Source of the DNA: Octopus bimaculoides
Taxonomy: Eukaryota
DNA length: 64,000 nt
Assembly (NCBI RefSeq): GCF_001194135.2
Contig: NC_069005.1
Coordinates: forward strand, 8,432,787 to 8,496,786
Direction of reading: 5' to 3'
In this document: positions 52,111 to 63,967 of the stretch, piece after piece
Layout of the letters: each line of letters starts with the position of its first letter
Position numbering within the stretch: the first letter of the stretch is position 1
Position numbers and translations under genes: made by a program
Notes under the pieces: model-generated
Databases searched by the model: none
Told to the model about the DNA's origin: nothing
Seen by the model: only the letters and a program-made list of their open reading frames with translations

Positions 52111-52959
52111 TGACATAGTCCAAAACTGATTTTCTGTGAATTCTAAGAAATACACAGTTTTTTCCAAGCTGTGTGCTTTTTGTTGGAAGAGACTGATGAG
52201 ATAGAAATATATAGAAATATGTGGATAGATAGAGGGAGAGCACAATCGAGCTATATAGCTAATGAGATTTACTAAAGAGCGAGTAATGCAGAGTGAGAGA
52301 AGGGGAGAGAGAGAGAGAGATTTATCAATATAGTCAGGTATAATTTTCTTAGGTTTCTGTGAATAATATTTGTTTCATTTTCCCAAATTGACTAATATAT
52401 TAACTGTCAGCTGTCTTTTTTTTGGCTGAGGGAGTGGGGTGTGGGGGTGGGTTGCAAGTTAACATGATCTCATCTCAAGATATGAGTATTGGTCTGTCTA
52501 AAGACAAGTATAAACACTTCACCAATTGTCTCTTATCTGGTCTAAGAAGACATTGTTGAGGAATTAGAGTAAAGAAAAAAAAAAAACAAAGCAATTCTTG
52601 CTGTGATTTCAGTAAATATATCTTGGAGTCGTACTTGTGATATGATCTGACACTGTGCATTGAAACTGTGATTCGATCTTAAACCGTGTGTTATGACTGA
52701 AGCAATTAGATCATCAAAGAACCATTATAACCATTTTTGTAGAACTCTTCTCAACGACCAAGTTTTCAGTTGTGTGATGAAAATTTCGATATCTCAAAAA
52801 ATTTTATACTGTATTTTGTGTTTTTTTTTTTTGTTTTTATGACTAATATGGCTCTTCTGCAATCTGTCATATTTGCTGGTGTATAAGATATGCTTTTTCT
52901 TGTATTTAAATGTATTAGAACAATCAGGAAAGAATCGCAAGTTGGATTCTTCATGCCGA

Positions 52960-53510
52960 GGCAACTGACAGGAGATCTAGTGGGGTAGACCAAGAACGTT
53001 CATAGTCTCAGTTGGTCATTCTTGGGAATCCAACTGAGAAGTGTAATGACAGTTGCTTCTGATAGGACCTTATGGAGTATGTGCTTGAGGACATTATCCT
53101 ATGACTGGCAGGAGACCTAAGGGTGGACCAAGAATGAGACGGTTGGATAATATTTATAGTCTCAGTTGATCACACTTGGGAAGGATGGTCACACTTAGAA
53201 TTTCTAACCCTTGAGCATTCAGACTGGCCATATCTGGCCAAAATATTCTACCTGTTTTATATTGAAACTGGCCCCTCACAGCAACCCTACTATATCGTTT
53301 TAAAAATTATGCATTAGCTCATCAAAATCTCAAAACTACGAGATGATACACGATTTATTCAAAACAATGTGAATAAATAAGCATTACTTTTAAATGAAAT
53401 AATTTGAATGCTGAAGAGCTGACAGTTACTTCTGATTGGCCCCTATGGAAGAGGTGCCTGGGGACTCTATCTCTATGATCTCTCAGGAATAGTGGGCAAA
53501 GAAGATGGAC
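52960..53510 (+). pseudogene. Tandem partial RTE 3'-end fragments interrupted by a MITE
   Basis: GRRPKGGPRMRRLDNIYSLS and SLSWSFLGIQLRSVMTVASDRTLWSMCLRTL. Same family as 37950-38170, with the unit repeated at about 140-bp spacing. Confidence 0.65.
53208..53418. mobile_element. piggyBac-like MITE, decayed
   Basis: Ends CTAA|CCCTTGAGCATTCAGA and TTTGAATGCTGAAGAG|CTGA approximate TTAA|CCCTTTAGCATTCAGA TIRs. Confidence 0.55.
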
Positions 53511-53819
53511 GGATAAACAAAAATTGTCCTGCATCTAATACAGTTGTATTACAGATGGGAGCCTGAGTGTTGTAGGCTAAAGAGCTGAATGAACATAAGT
53601 CTACTAGGCACAATAATTACTATGAGTCACAAAATATTGAAATCAAGCCAAAATAACACTGCCTGTTTTTCACAAACTTGGAAAAATTGACTATGGTACA
53701 TTGACAGAGGTCTCATCAATTCATTATACGCTCCTTCCCCAGCATACATAACCCAGATCTGATGTGTATCTTACATTATTTAATCACTGTTACCTTTAAG
53801 AAACCTTTTTATATTATCG

Positions 53820-54190
53820 TCATCATCATCATCAATGTTTAACATCTGCTTTCCATGTTGGCATGAGTTGGACAGTTTCATAGGAGCCAGCAAGGCAGAA
53901 GACTGCACCAAACATTTGTGTCTGTTTTAGCAGAGTTTTTATGGCTGGATGTCCTCCCTAACACCAACCACCCCACAGAGTGGACTGAATGCCTTTTATG
54001 TGGCACCAGCACAGGCAGGGTCATCAAGTAACTTGCAAGACAAGGAATCTGTGAGAGGGGAGGGGACATTGGAGGAGGTGATATTGTGTCAGATGATGAA
54101 AGGTTAGAGTGTGACAGAGAGAGACAGAGAGGCAGAAACAGGTGTCTTGCTGTAAAGGAGGTACATGGTTACCTGGCCAGAGAAAGAGAG
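53820..54190 (-). mobile_element. Long SINE-like family D copy followed by (GA)n (54203-54291)
   Basis: (ATC)n ...TTCCATGTTGGCATGAGTTGGAC...GGCTGGATGTCCTCCCTAACACCAACC...TATGTGGCACCAGCAC. Confidence 0.7.
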
Positions 54191-54195
54191 AGAAA

Positions 54196-54293
<98 letters not shown>

Positions 54294-54832
54294 TACTAAA
54301 TGATCAAATAACAACCACCACCAACAATTCTCAAAAAGAACAACAGTAATAACAAGCAGCCTGCTGGGAAACAACAGCCAAATCTTTTATTGATATTTTA
54401 TTTAAAGAAGGGTTATATTCCTTTTATTGTGAACAATACAAGTCATTTTCTGTTTTTGCAATTTAATCTGGAGTAAGGGCTATATCCATGGTCTTTATAA
54501 CCCTTCCTACACTTCCTGACCAGTGACATTGATATGGTTGATGTTCTCTTTGCTCTATACCTTGTATGATTTTTGTTCTACATACTTGAGTGACTTCTTT
54601 GAAAGGCTTGCCAATAATGGAATTTGCTGGGACTTGTAAATGTTTGTGACAGGCTTGGCATTAACAGGACTTGTTGACGTTGTTCATTGTCTTTGAAGAG
54701 CTCGTGTTAATGGATTTGCTAAATATAGATTTGGTTCTTAAACTGTGCTATGACACACACATGCCTAACAAAGCAGAGTACCGAAAAATTTAGAAAATTT
54801 AGCATACAGAAATATATATATACATATGTGGA

Positions 54833-55202
54833 GGCGCAATGGCCCAGTGGTTAGGGCAGCGGATTCGCGGTCATAGGATCGCGGTTTCGATTCCCAAACC
54901 GGGCATTGTGAGTGTTTATTGCGCGAAAACACCTAAAGCTCCACGAGGCTCCGGCAGGGGATGGTGGCAAACCCTGTTGTACTCTTTCACCACAACTTTC
55001 TCTCACTCTTACTTCCTGTTTCTGTTGTGCCTGTAATTCAAAGGGTCAGCCTTGTCACACTGTCACGCTGAATATCCCCGAGAACTACGTTAAGGGTACA
55101 CGTGTCTGTGGAGTGCTCTACCACTTGCATGTTAATTTCATGAGCAGGCTGTTCCGTTGATTGGATCAAACGGAACCCTTGACGTTGTAAGCAACGGAGT
55201 GC

Positions 55203-55210
<8 letters not shown>
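54833..55210 (+). mobile_element. Young full-length tRNA-derived SINE, family A (subtype 1)
   Basis: GGCGCAATGGCCCAGTGGTTAGGGC (box A) and GGTTTCGATTCCC (box B), with many intact CpGs and a (CAA)n tail. Confidence 0.85.
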
Positions 55211-55271
<61 letters not shown>

Positions 55272-56334
55272 CGTGTGTGTGTGTATGTGTAGTCTTGTGA
55301 GGATATGAATTTAGGAAAATGTAGTCACAGTTTATGGCAAACTAGCAGAGCTTATGTATGGAACATCATCATCATAATCACGTAGTGTCTCTTTTTCTGT
55401 GCTGGCATGGGTTGGGTGGTTCAACATGAACTGATGAGACAGAACACTACGCTGAGCTCCAGTGTCTGTTTTGGCATAATTCCTGCCGGTGGTTCCTCTT
55501 CTTAATGTCAGTTTCAGAATCATTGGCAGTATTTTCTTTAGTTAAACCTCAGTGCTATTGAGAAGAGAGACTTGCATGCATGCACAACTGATAGTCCTCT
55601 TAAAAAAATAGAAAACTAAAAAAGAAAACTCAGGTGTGCACATACATGTCCAAATGCATGTTGAACCTTCACCAGCCAGAGGCCCTAGCTATTATGTATA
55701 TGTGTATGTAATTTCATAATGCATATGTTGGCTGCAACTCTGTTCCAAGCAATGCCATTGCTTAATTGTTCTCTTAAACATAAGCAACACAGATGTGGTA
55801 AGAGCTTACACTTCTTTCAGTTTCTGTCTACTAAATCCATTCATAAAGCTTTGGTCAGCCCCAAGCTATTGTAGAAGACACTTGTCCAAGGTGCCATGCA
55901 ATGAGACTGAACCTGAAACCATGTAGTTGGGAAGCAAGCATCTTACCACACAGCCATGCCTGTGCCTATATGTATATATATATATATNNNNNNNNNNNNN
56001 NNNNNNNNNNNNNNNNNNNNNNNNNNNNNNNNNNNNNNNNNNNNNNNNNNNNNNNNNNNNNNNNNNNNNNNNNNNNNNNNNNNNNNNNNNNNNNNNNNNN
56101 NNNNNNNNNNNNNNNNNNNNNNNNNNNNNNNNNNNNNNNNNNNNNNNNNNNNNNNNNNNNNNNNNNNNNNNNNNNNNNNNNNNNNNNNNNNNNNNNNNNN
56201 NNNNNNNNNNNNNNNNNNNNNNNNNNNNNNNNNNNNNNNNNNNNNNNNNNNNNNNNNNNNNNNNNNNNNNNNNNNNNNNNNNNNNNNNNNGAGCCAGCCC
56301 TTCATTCCATCAGACAAATTTTGCCAAGTTGTTG

Positions 56335-56460
56335 AAATTTATAGAAAAACAAAAGATGAAGACAGGTGCATGAACAATAAGCAAGTGTATTAGCTTGACA
56401 CTCAGGAAAAAATGAAAAAGTCTTTTACGTTTCGAGTCTTCACTCTTCAACATAAAGGAA
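56335..56460 (-). mobile_element. Penelope-like terminal repeat with a degenerate minimal hammerhead
   Basis: Minus strand 56457-56422 reads CTTT-ATGTTGA-A-GAGT-GAAG-ACTC-GAAA-CG-TA-AAAG. Confidence 0.55.
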
Positions 56461-56666
56461 TAAGAGAAAATAAACAGAGAGAGAATGAAAAAAACTTGTA
56501 GATTTCAGTGGTCCAAATCTATGCTTTTGATAATAAGTCAGCAGTGGTGGTAATAATAGTAGTTAGACATCAAAGTTGATTAGCAGGTTTGTTCGCAAAG
56601 AAGACTGCGAAGACAAAGTATCAGACAAAACGTTTTTTGAAATACCTGTTATAGTGGCCACATTTG

Positions 56667-56849
56667 CTTCTTCTTCTTCTTCTTCTTCTTCTTCTTCTTC
56701 TTCTTCTTCTTCTTCTTCTTCTTCTTCTTCTTCTTCTTCTTCTTCTTCTTCTTCTTCTTCTTCTTCTTCTTCTTCTTCTTCTTCTTCTTCTTCTTCTTCT
56801 TCTTCTTCTTCTTCTTCTTCTTCTTCTTCTTCTTCTTCTTCTTCTTCTT
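56667..56849. repeat. Perfect (CTT)61 / (GAA)61 tract
   Basis: Direct sequence; 183 bp uninterrupted. Confidence 0.95.
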
Positions 56850-57288
56850 GTGATGATGATGATGAAATATGTTGCCATTAAATTATGATGACCAGACAGA
56901 GTGAATGAAATATCGAAAAAGAAATAAAGAAGCCAAAGCTAAAAGACCAATTACGAAAAACACAATAAAAGGAAAAAAATTTGAAAAAACAAATAGTGAA
57001 AATATAAGAGAAGTATTGGAGTGGAATAGCTGAAGCTGAAAAGAGAAGCAGCGACAATAACAACAACAATAAGAAGCATAAACAATAATCACAAAACAAA
57101 TAAGAAAACAAACAACATAGCAACAAAGTAAAGCAAAGTTTTGCAATGGAATTTTTTAAAAAATGCCACTTGGGTAACAATCTTTTTTGTGATGTAGATA
57201 TTTTTTATTGTACGTTCGTTTACAGTATGTATGTATGTATGTGTGTGTATGCACATGGTCACTTTTTTAACTCTACTGCCATATGCCA

Positions 57289-57342
<54 letters not shown>

Positions 57343-57416
57343 GTAAATATATAAAAATAAAAAGATAAAGAGAGCAATGGTAAGGTTGGAGAAGTATTTT
57401 ATGGATACCCTCCTCA

Positions 57417-57458
<42 letters not shown>

Positions 57459-57766
57459 NNNNNNNNNNNNNNNNNNNNNNNNNNNNNNNNNNNNNNNNNN
57501 NNNNNNNNNNNNNNNNNNNNNNNNNNNNNNNNNNNNNNNNNNNNNNNNNNNNNNNNNNNNNNNNNNNNNNNNNNNNNNNNNNNNNNNNNNNNNNNNNNNN
57601 NNNNNNNNNNNNNNNNNNNNNNNNNNNNNNNNNNNNNNNNNNNNNNNNNNNNNNNNNNNNNNNNNNNNNNNNNNNNNNNNNNNNNNNNNNNNNNNNNNNN
57701 NNNNNNNNNNNNNNNNNNNNNNNNNNNNNNNNNNNNNNNNNNNNNNNNNNNNNNNNNNNNNNNNNN

Positions 57767-57800
<34 letters not shown>

Positions 57801-58681
57801 CATTTCTTGGTCAGATATTATGTAATTTGAAAACTTTTAAGTGTTCTGGAGTCTGTGAGTTATGCTCTTTCTGAATAAATCATAAAACACCATTTCAAAT
57901 AATTTTCGCCATGCTAATACTTTTTCCCATGCACCATCACAAAGAAGTAAGGCAAGCCATTAACTCATTGGGGGATACTAATGAATAGGATGCCTTCAAA
58001 ATTAAGTTTTACCAAATTTCAACAGAAGTGTTGAGGACTTATTCTGTGGTAATGGTGGTGGTGGTGGTAGTAGTAGTAATAGCAATGGTAATAATAATAA
58101 TAGTTCCAGATTTTAGCACAAGATCAGCAACGTTGGGAGAAGAGGCTTGTTGATTACATTAACCTCCCCTTTCCCAGTGCTCGACTAGTATTTATTTTAT
58201 CAACCCTGAAAGGACGAAATGCAAAGACGACCTTGGCAGAATTTGAACTCAGAACGTTAAGATTAATAAAATGTCAGTAAGCATTCTAATGATTATGCCA
58301 GCTCACTGCCTTATAATAATAATAATAATAATAAATATATAACAAAGCTTATTATCCATGTTAAGCATTCTGCTTAAACAACTGTCAATATGAAGTTATT
58401 GAGTTGATATAGCACTATAAAGTCAAAGATCCAGAAGGGAATTAGAAACATGCAAACTATATGATAGTTTGACAGTGCTTATGATTTTCCAAAAGGATAT
58501 TAAGGAGATATACTTTCTTATAAGTTTCTAATCCTCCGTCAATTTGTTTATGCTCCCATGGGGGTTAAGGATGGCAGAATATTTATTATCTTTCAACTGT
58601 GGAAAGAATACTATAGTGATCTGCAAAATTACTTATCAAATATTGATTAGTTTCTTTTAGATCACATTCTGCAAATTTTAA

Positions 58682-59013
58682 CCCATTACCTCCCATAATT
58701 CTATTAACTGGAAATTTTTTTTTATGAAACTTTGATTTCTAGCATAAAGCAGCCTTAGAAACAAGCTGGAATAATCAAAATAACATTTCAAAATAACATT
58801 TCAAAATAACATTTCAAAATAACATTTCAAAATAACATTTTAAATAGAAATAAGCAAGATATTGGGTGAAAAATTAGCAAACCTCATTTGAATATCAGAG
58901 AAATATACCTCGTAGATATAGCAAAAAGGTTAGATATGTGTAAATATTGACAGATAATTACGAAATTTGTAATTGTTAAGTGATCTCATATGAGATCACT
59001 GGTCGGTAATGGG
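58682..59013. mobile_element. piggyBac-like MITE with intact TTAA TSD
   Basis: TTAA|CCCATTACC ... GGTAATGGG|TTAA. Contains an internal 13-bp tandem (CAAAATAACATTT, about 5 copies) and a 22-bp palindrome at 58979-59000. Confidence 0.8.
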
Positions 59014-59072
59014 TTAATAGAACACTTTGTTGATGACCCACCTTTCCTTCAGTGAAGTAAAAGATGCTTTAA

Positions 59073-59277
59073 CCCTTTTGTTACTATATTTCTGTTGAAA
59101 TATACTGCCCTTGTTTCAATTAATTTTGAAAATAATTAAGGATTTATTAAAATAACTGTCATTATTAAGCAGATGTTTGGAACATTAATTAACATGAAAT
59201 TTTGATGTAAGGTTTTAATTTAGATCTCTTTAAAACTAGGAATTTCAATGGGTTCAGGCAGGTTGGTATGAAAATGG
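59073..59277. mobile_element. piggyBac-like MITE, second family
   Basis: TTAA|CCCTTTTGTTAC ... TATGAAAATGG|TTAT. Relatives at 11217 and 39454. Confidence 0.65.
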
Positions 59278-60184
59278 TTATGCAAACTAAAAATTAATTG
59301 AAAAGCCACTGGTATCAATAGTATTCTTGCAGTACTCACTTTAGCAAGAAATAAGAAGTTAGATATTTTGCACAATCTTATATTTTGGAGTAGGATTTAA
59401 TTCCTCAAAATGGAAGAGATGGATTACTGAAGATTCTGTAAGAAAGAAAAGGTGGGAAATAACATACATGATAATTCTCAAGGCATTTTATTCCCCAAAG
59501 AAAATATTCAGCAGAATTATCCTTGATAAGCACATTCCACATGTTGGGGGTATCCTTTTTTTTTACCTGAGTTTCAATCAAGTTTTGCCTGCTGAACAAG
59601 AAGCCAATGACATATTTTCTGCTCATCATTTAAGGAAAAGTCTGTTAAGCATAGATTTGATCTCTTTCATTGCTTCATTGATCCATCCCCAGTAAGGTTT
59701 TTGATTCAATGATTCTTGAATACATTACAGATAAATGTCAGAAAAGTTTGTTGTCCTGAGAAATTCATAAAATCTTTATTGAGTCATTTCATGCTGAGAA
59801 AAGAACGTGTTGTAATTGGTGACGAGTGCTCAAACTCATTTTGATTGAATGGCAGTGTAAAATTGGGTGATATAATTACTCCTACTTTACCATATATTTC
59901 ATGAAAGATTTTTGTTTTAGTCACTTTCAAATACTTCTCTGAGTGTGTGTGTGCGCGTGCTATATATATANNNNNNNNNNNNNNNNNNNNNNNNNNNNNN
60001 NNNNNNNNNNNNNNNNNNNNNNNNNNNNNNNNNNNNNNNNNNNNNNNNNNNNNNNNNNNNNNNNNNNNNNNNNNNNNNNNNNNNNNNNNNNNNNNNNNNN
60101 NNNNNNNNNNNNNNNNNNNNNNNNNNNNNNNNNNNNNNNNNNNNNNNNNNNNNNNNNNNNNNNNNNNNNNNNNNNNNNNNNNNN

Positions 60185-60249
<65 letters not shown>

Positions 60250-60789
60250 TATATATACACACAAATATATATATATGTGCTTACTACACAGTTGGTAAGT
60301 TATTCAAATGCAATGGTTTAATTCTAAAGAACATACTTTTGAATCTCTTCTAAATGACTTCTTGTACACTGACAACTGTGATGTCATGCACAATGAAAGA
60401 GATATCTGAAACTCCTATGGATAAAATTCCATTGACATGTAACATGCCAACTCTCATAATAAATCTGTGTAAAACTTCAATTCTTTATCAGGTTGAATTA
60501 AAGTACCAAAGAAAAAATATATAATCTAAAGATGGGCAGAAGGAACATTATGTCAGATTTATTAACAAAGGAAGATGGGATTATCTAAGCATAGAAAGTA
60601 ATGTATGTTGTATGTTTGAGAGGGACTTTTTTGTTCTAAATGTGTATAAATGGGTGTGAAAACAGAATATAAGTTGTTTTTATATTTAATGATTGTTAGT
60701 TAATACTGAACATGAATGAATGAGTAAGCTTATAATGAATACATATGCATACTGACATATATATACATCCATATATGAACATACAATAG

Positions 60790-61280
60790 GGGTAGGCATG
60801 GTTGTGTGGTAACAAGCTTGCTTCGCAGCCAGATGATTCTTGGTTCAGTCCCACTGTGTGGTACTTTGGGCAAGTGCATTCTACTATAGCCTTGGGTTGA
60901 CCAAAGCCCTATGAGTGGATTTGGTTGACAGAAACTGAAAGAAACTGACAGAAACTGAAAGGCAGTGAGCTGTGTGACACCTTGGGCAAGTGTCTTCTAC
61001 TGTAAGTTTGGAGCAACCAAAGCCTTGCGAGTGGATTTGGTGGACAGAAACTGAAATTCCTGTCATGTGTGTGTGTGTGCTCGCACGTGTCTTTTGGTCT
61101 CTGTTTGTCCCCCATCACCACTTGGCAACCGGTGTTGTTATGTTTACATCCCTGTAACTTAGTGATTTGGCAAAAGTGACTGGTAGGATATGTTCTAGGC
61201 TTTAAAAAAATGCAATTCCTGGACTCAAAGCAGTGCTCCAACATGACCATGGTCAGATGACTGAAACAAGTAAATAATAA
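60790..61280 (+). mobile_element. SINE family B with internally duplicated body
   Basis: The segment CTTGGGCAAGTG..CTTCTACT...GAGTGGATTTGG..GACAGAAACTGAAA occurs twice (about 60865-60945 and 60980-61055) before the microsatellite linker and tail. Confidence 0.75.
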
Positions 61281-62216
61281 AAGACACATTAACATTTTCA
61301 TATATTCTGGTTGTCTTTATACTGTATAATATTATATAAAATTGCAGTTGATTATTTTCTGCAATAACATTTACATTCCACCCATGTGAATATTTTAGAT
61401 TTTTTAATCCTTTTGTTGCTATATATTAGAGAATTTTCAGAATTTTAAGTGTATCAATTCTATATTTTACCTTCATATTAATCTAAAATACTATAATAGT
61501 TAAAAAATGATGAAACAATGTAATAAAATTTATCTCAATATGATATTATTTTTTTCTGANNNNNNNNNNNNNNNNNNNNNNNNNNNNNNNNNNNNNNNNN
61601 NNNNNNNNNNNNNNNNNNNNNNNNNNNNNNNNNNNNNNNNNNNNNNNNNNNNNNNNNNNNNNNNNNNNNNNNNNNNNNNNNNNNNNNNNNNNNNNNNNNN
61701 NNNNNNNNNNNNNNNNNNNNNNNNNNNNNNNNNNNNNNNNNNNNNNNNNNNNNNNNNNNNNNNNNNNNNNNNNNNNNNNNNNNNNNNNNNNNNNNNNNNN
61801 NNNNNNNNNNNNNNNNNNNNNNNNNNNNNNNNNNNNNNNNNNNNNNNNNNNNNNNNNNNNNNNNNNNNNNNNNNNNNNNNNNNNNNNNNNNNNNNNNNNN
61901 NNNNNNNNNNNNNNNNNNNNNNNNNNNNNNNNNNNNNNNNNNNNNNNNNNNNNNNNATCACTAGTAGTTAATGACTTTATATTGATTTTTCAAATCATTT
62001 CATCCGTGAAATCAAATATCTTCCAAAAATCTGCAGGAAACGATTTTTTAAAAACTAGAATAGTTTGCATAATATTAATTACTTGTCTTTTTGTAATTTG
62101 AACCTTTTTTTTCAAGTTTTTCTCCATGTCTCAAAATAGTCTTGATATGAAAAAAATCATTATTTGTTCATTTTTGCCAATTCCAGTTATCTTTAATACT
62201 TCTATATATTATTTAC

Positions 62217-62261
<45 letters not shown>

Positions 62262-62817
62262 ATTGCAAAGACAATTAGGTTTCAGTAAATGCTACTGTAT
62301 ATTTATAGCAACTAATATATCTTAAATGATTTTATTTATTTTTTGTTGTTTTGTATTCATGCCTAAACTTTGTGTAAAATCGTTGTTGTACTTAAGGGAA
62401 ATTATCACCATGTCTTAATCACAAGATTAAGTTATGTATGCATGTACATGCTTACGAGTTTGTGTGTGTGTGTGTGTGTGTGTGGGTGTATGTGTGTGCA
62501 TGTATGCATATATGTATATCTGTTAATATTTATATAAGGATATATGCATACAGCTGGAATGTTCTCTATATAATGTTTTGGTTTACACTTAACGAGTATT
62601 TCTGTCTTCAGTTGAAAAGAGATTCTAATGCATAAGCAGACTGATAGAAACATATGCATATATAACTTAACCTTGATGTCATACACACATATCTTAATAT
62701 GATATACTCATATACACATATATAAATGCAAATGCATGCATGTAGTATTTTATCCGTGTATAAATATACATATATGAATATAAAGATGTATTGTTTTAGT
62801 ATTGTATGTGCACTATA

Positions 62818-63052
62818 CAGGGTGACCCAAAAGTAGTTTTACAGTCATTCAACTATTTCTTTCATATTCATATATTAACAATTTAGATCTTAATTATAAA
62901 AAAATATCAAACCATTATTCTTTGCTAATTTAGTTAATTTTGTCAAGATCCCTTTTCAATTTGTAAGATAGAAATTCAAATGTTATAGAATATTTTAGAA
63001 GAAATTTAAAGTGCTTACATGATAACTGTAAACCTAATTTTGGACTACACTG
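62818..63052. mobile_element. Tc1/mariner-type MITE
   Basis: TA|CAGGGTGACCCAAAAGTAGTTTTACAGTCAT versus the reverse complement of the right end, CAGTGTAGTCCAAAATTAGGTTTACAGTTAT. Confidence 0.7.
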
Positions 63053-63967
63053 TGGTGTGTACACCCCCCCCCCCCCACACACACATTAAGTTTAGTAAAC
63101 AGTTCTCTTCCACACCTAGATTTCATGTGCTTTGACAATAACTATCATATCACTGGATAGGTTATCATACAGAGTTTGAGCTGTGTTATTTATCAATAAG
63201 AAACAAAAATCATAATTGGTTTCTTTAAGCTTTATGTAACATATGTGCAAGCTTTGCTCAGAATACCACTGGATCACAGGGATAGTGTTTTGACTTCATT
63301 AGGAAATCTCCTTGGTGGCCTAATGTGTCTGCATCTCATTTCCCTCATTCCATTATTGTCAAACCTGCAACATGGTGCTCAATTGCTATGTACTGATTCA
63401 TTGCAAACTACCTGCTTTTCTGCTTTTTCTTAGAATAAGCAGATGTATGTCTGAAAATTGATAATCGGTTCCTATCTAATTACAATATCAAAAAAAAAAA
63501 AAAAAATACAAGTGATCCATCTATTTTCTTGTTGAAATTCTAAATTTAACCTCTCCCACTTCACAATCCAATGCCTGATTTTTCCTATCTAAGTGAAATA
63601 GCCAGTTTGTTTATGCACTATATTCGTTCATTTGGTTATGATTAAATGACTGCAGAGCCTATTGTGTAATACAAATTACATAATAGGCTTGACTATATCC
63701 TTATTTTCATGCATATCTATATACATGATGTTTGATTTGTTTCCTGGTCATTGTCGAAACAATTGTTAACCATGGAATAGATGTCATGCCAGCTATTCTG
63801 TTCTTCACTTATACCTTGTGATTGTAGGAAACCTTCTATATTTTCTGTTGCTTGAAACTTTAGCTCCTGCATTAGAGGTTCCCCTCTACACAATTTCAGA
63901 TAGCAGTCACTTGTGTATCAGATAATACAGCCACTTGTGCCTGTATTATCTGATACCTTCTCATTTA

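Larger units (their letters stand above)
58340..60560 (+). pseudogene. Highly decayed RTE-clade LINE ORF (linker and RT), split by two MITEs and a gap
   Basis: Collinear remnants: KDGR..LWKEYYSDL (about 58570), DDPP..SEVKDA (59035-59070), KATG (59302), IPQ (59400), KIFSRIILD (59500), FCCPEKFI..VVIGDECSNSF..VKLGDIITPTL (59745-59890), GKLF and DFLYTDNCD (about 60295-60390), INLCKTSILYQ (about 60460-60490). Confidence 0.75.

Noticed and set aside
52193-52215. Other CTGATGA...GAAA matches (here, and at about 50790 and 55430)
   Set aside because: No stem II, or no stem I/III complementarity, so these are chance matches to the hammerhead core.
54833-54905. Possible tRNA gene
   Set aside because: It has boxes A and B but no proper acceptor stem, and it continues into a 300-bp repeat body found again at 47354-47672, so it is a SINE head.
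58716-58782. Short direct repeats resembling a CRISPR or iteron array
   Set aside because: These are adjacent 13-bp tandem units with no spacers, inside a MITE, in a eukaryotic context.
63218-63433. Plus-strand ORF (QALLRIPLDHRDSVLTSLGNLL...) and a minus-strand frame that opens if TGA is read as Trp (possible NUMT)
   Set aside because: Neither peptide matches a mitochondrial or nuclear protein I recognise. The plus frame hits TAG before the nearest good donor. A translated search would settle it.
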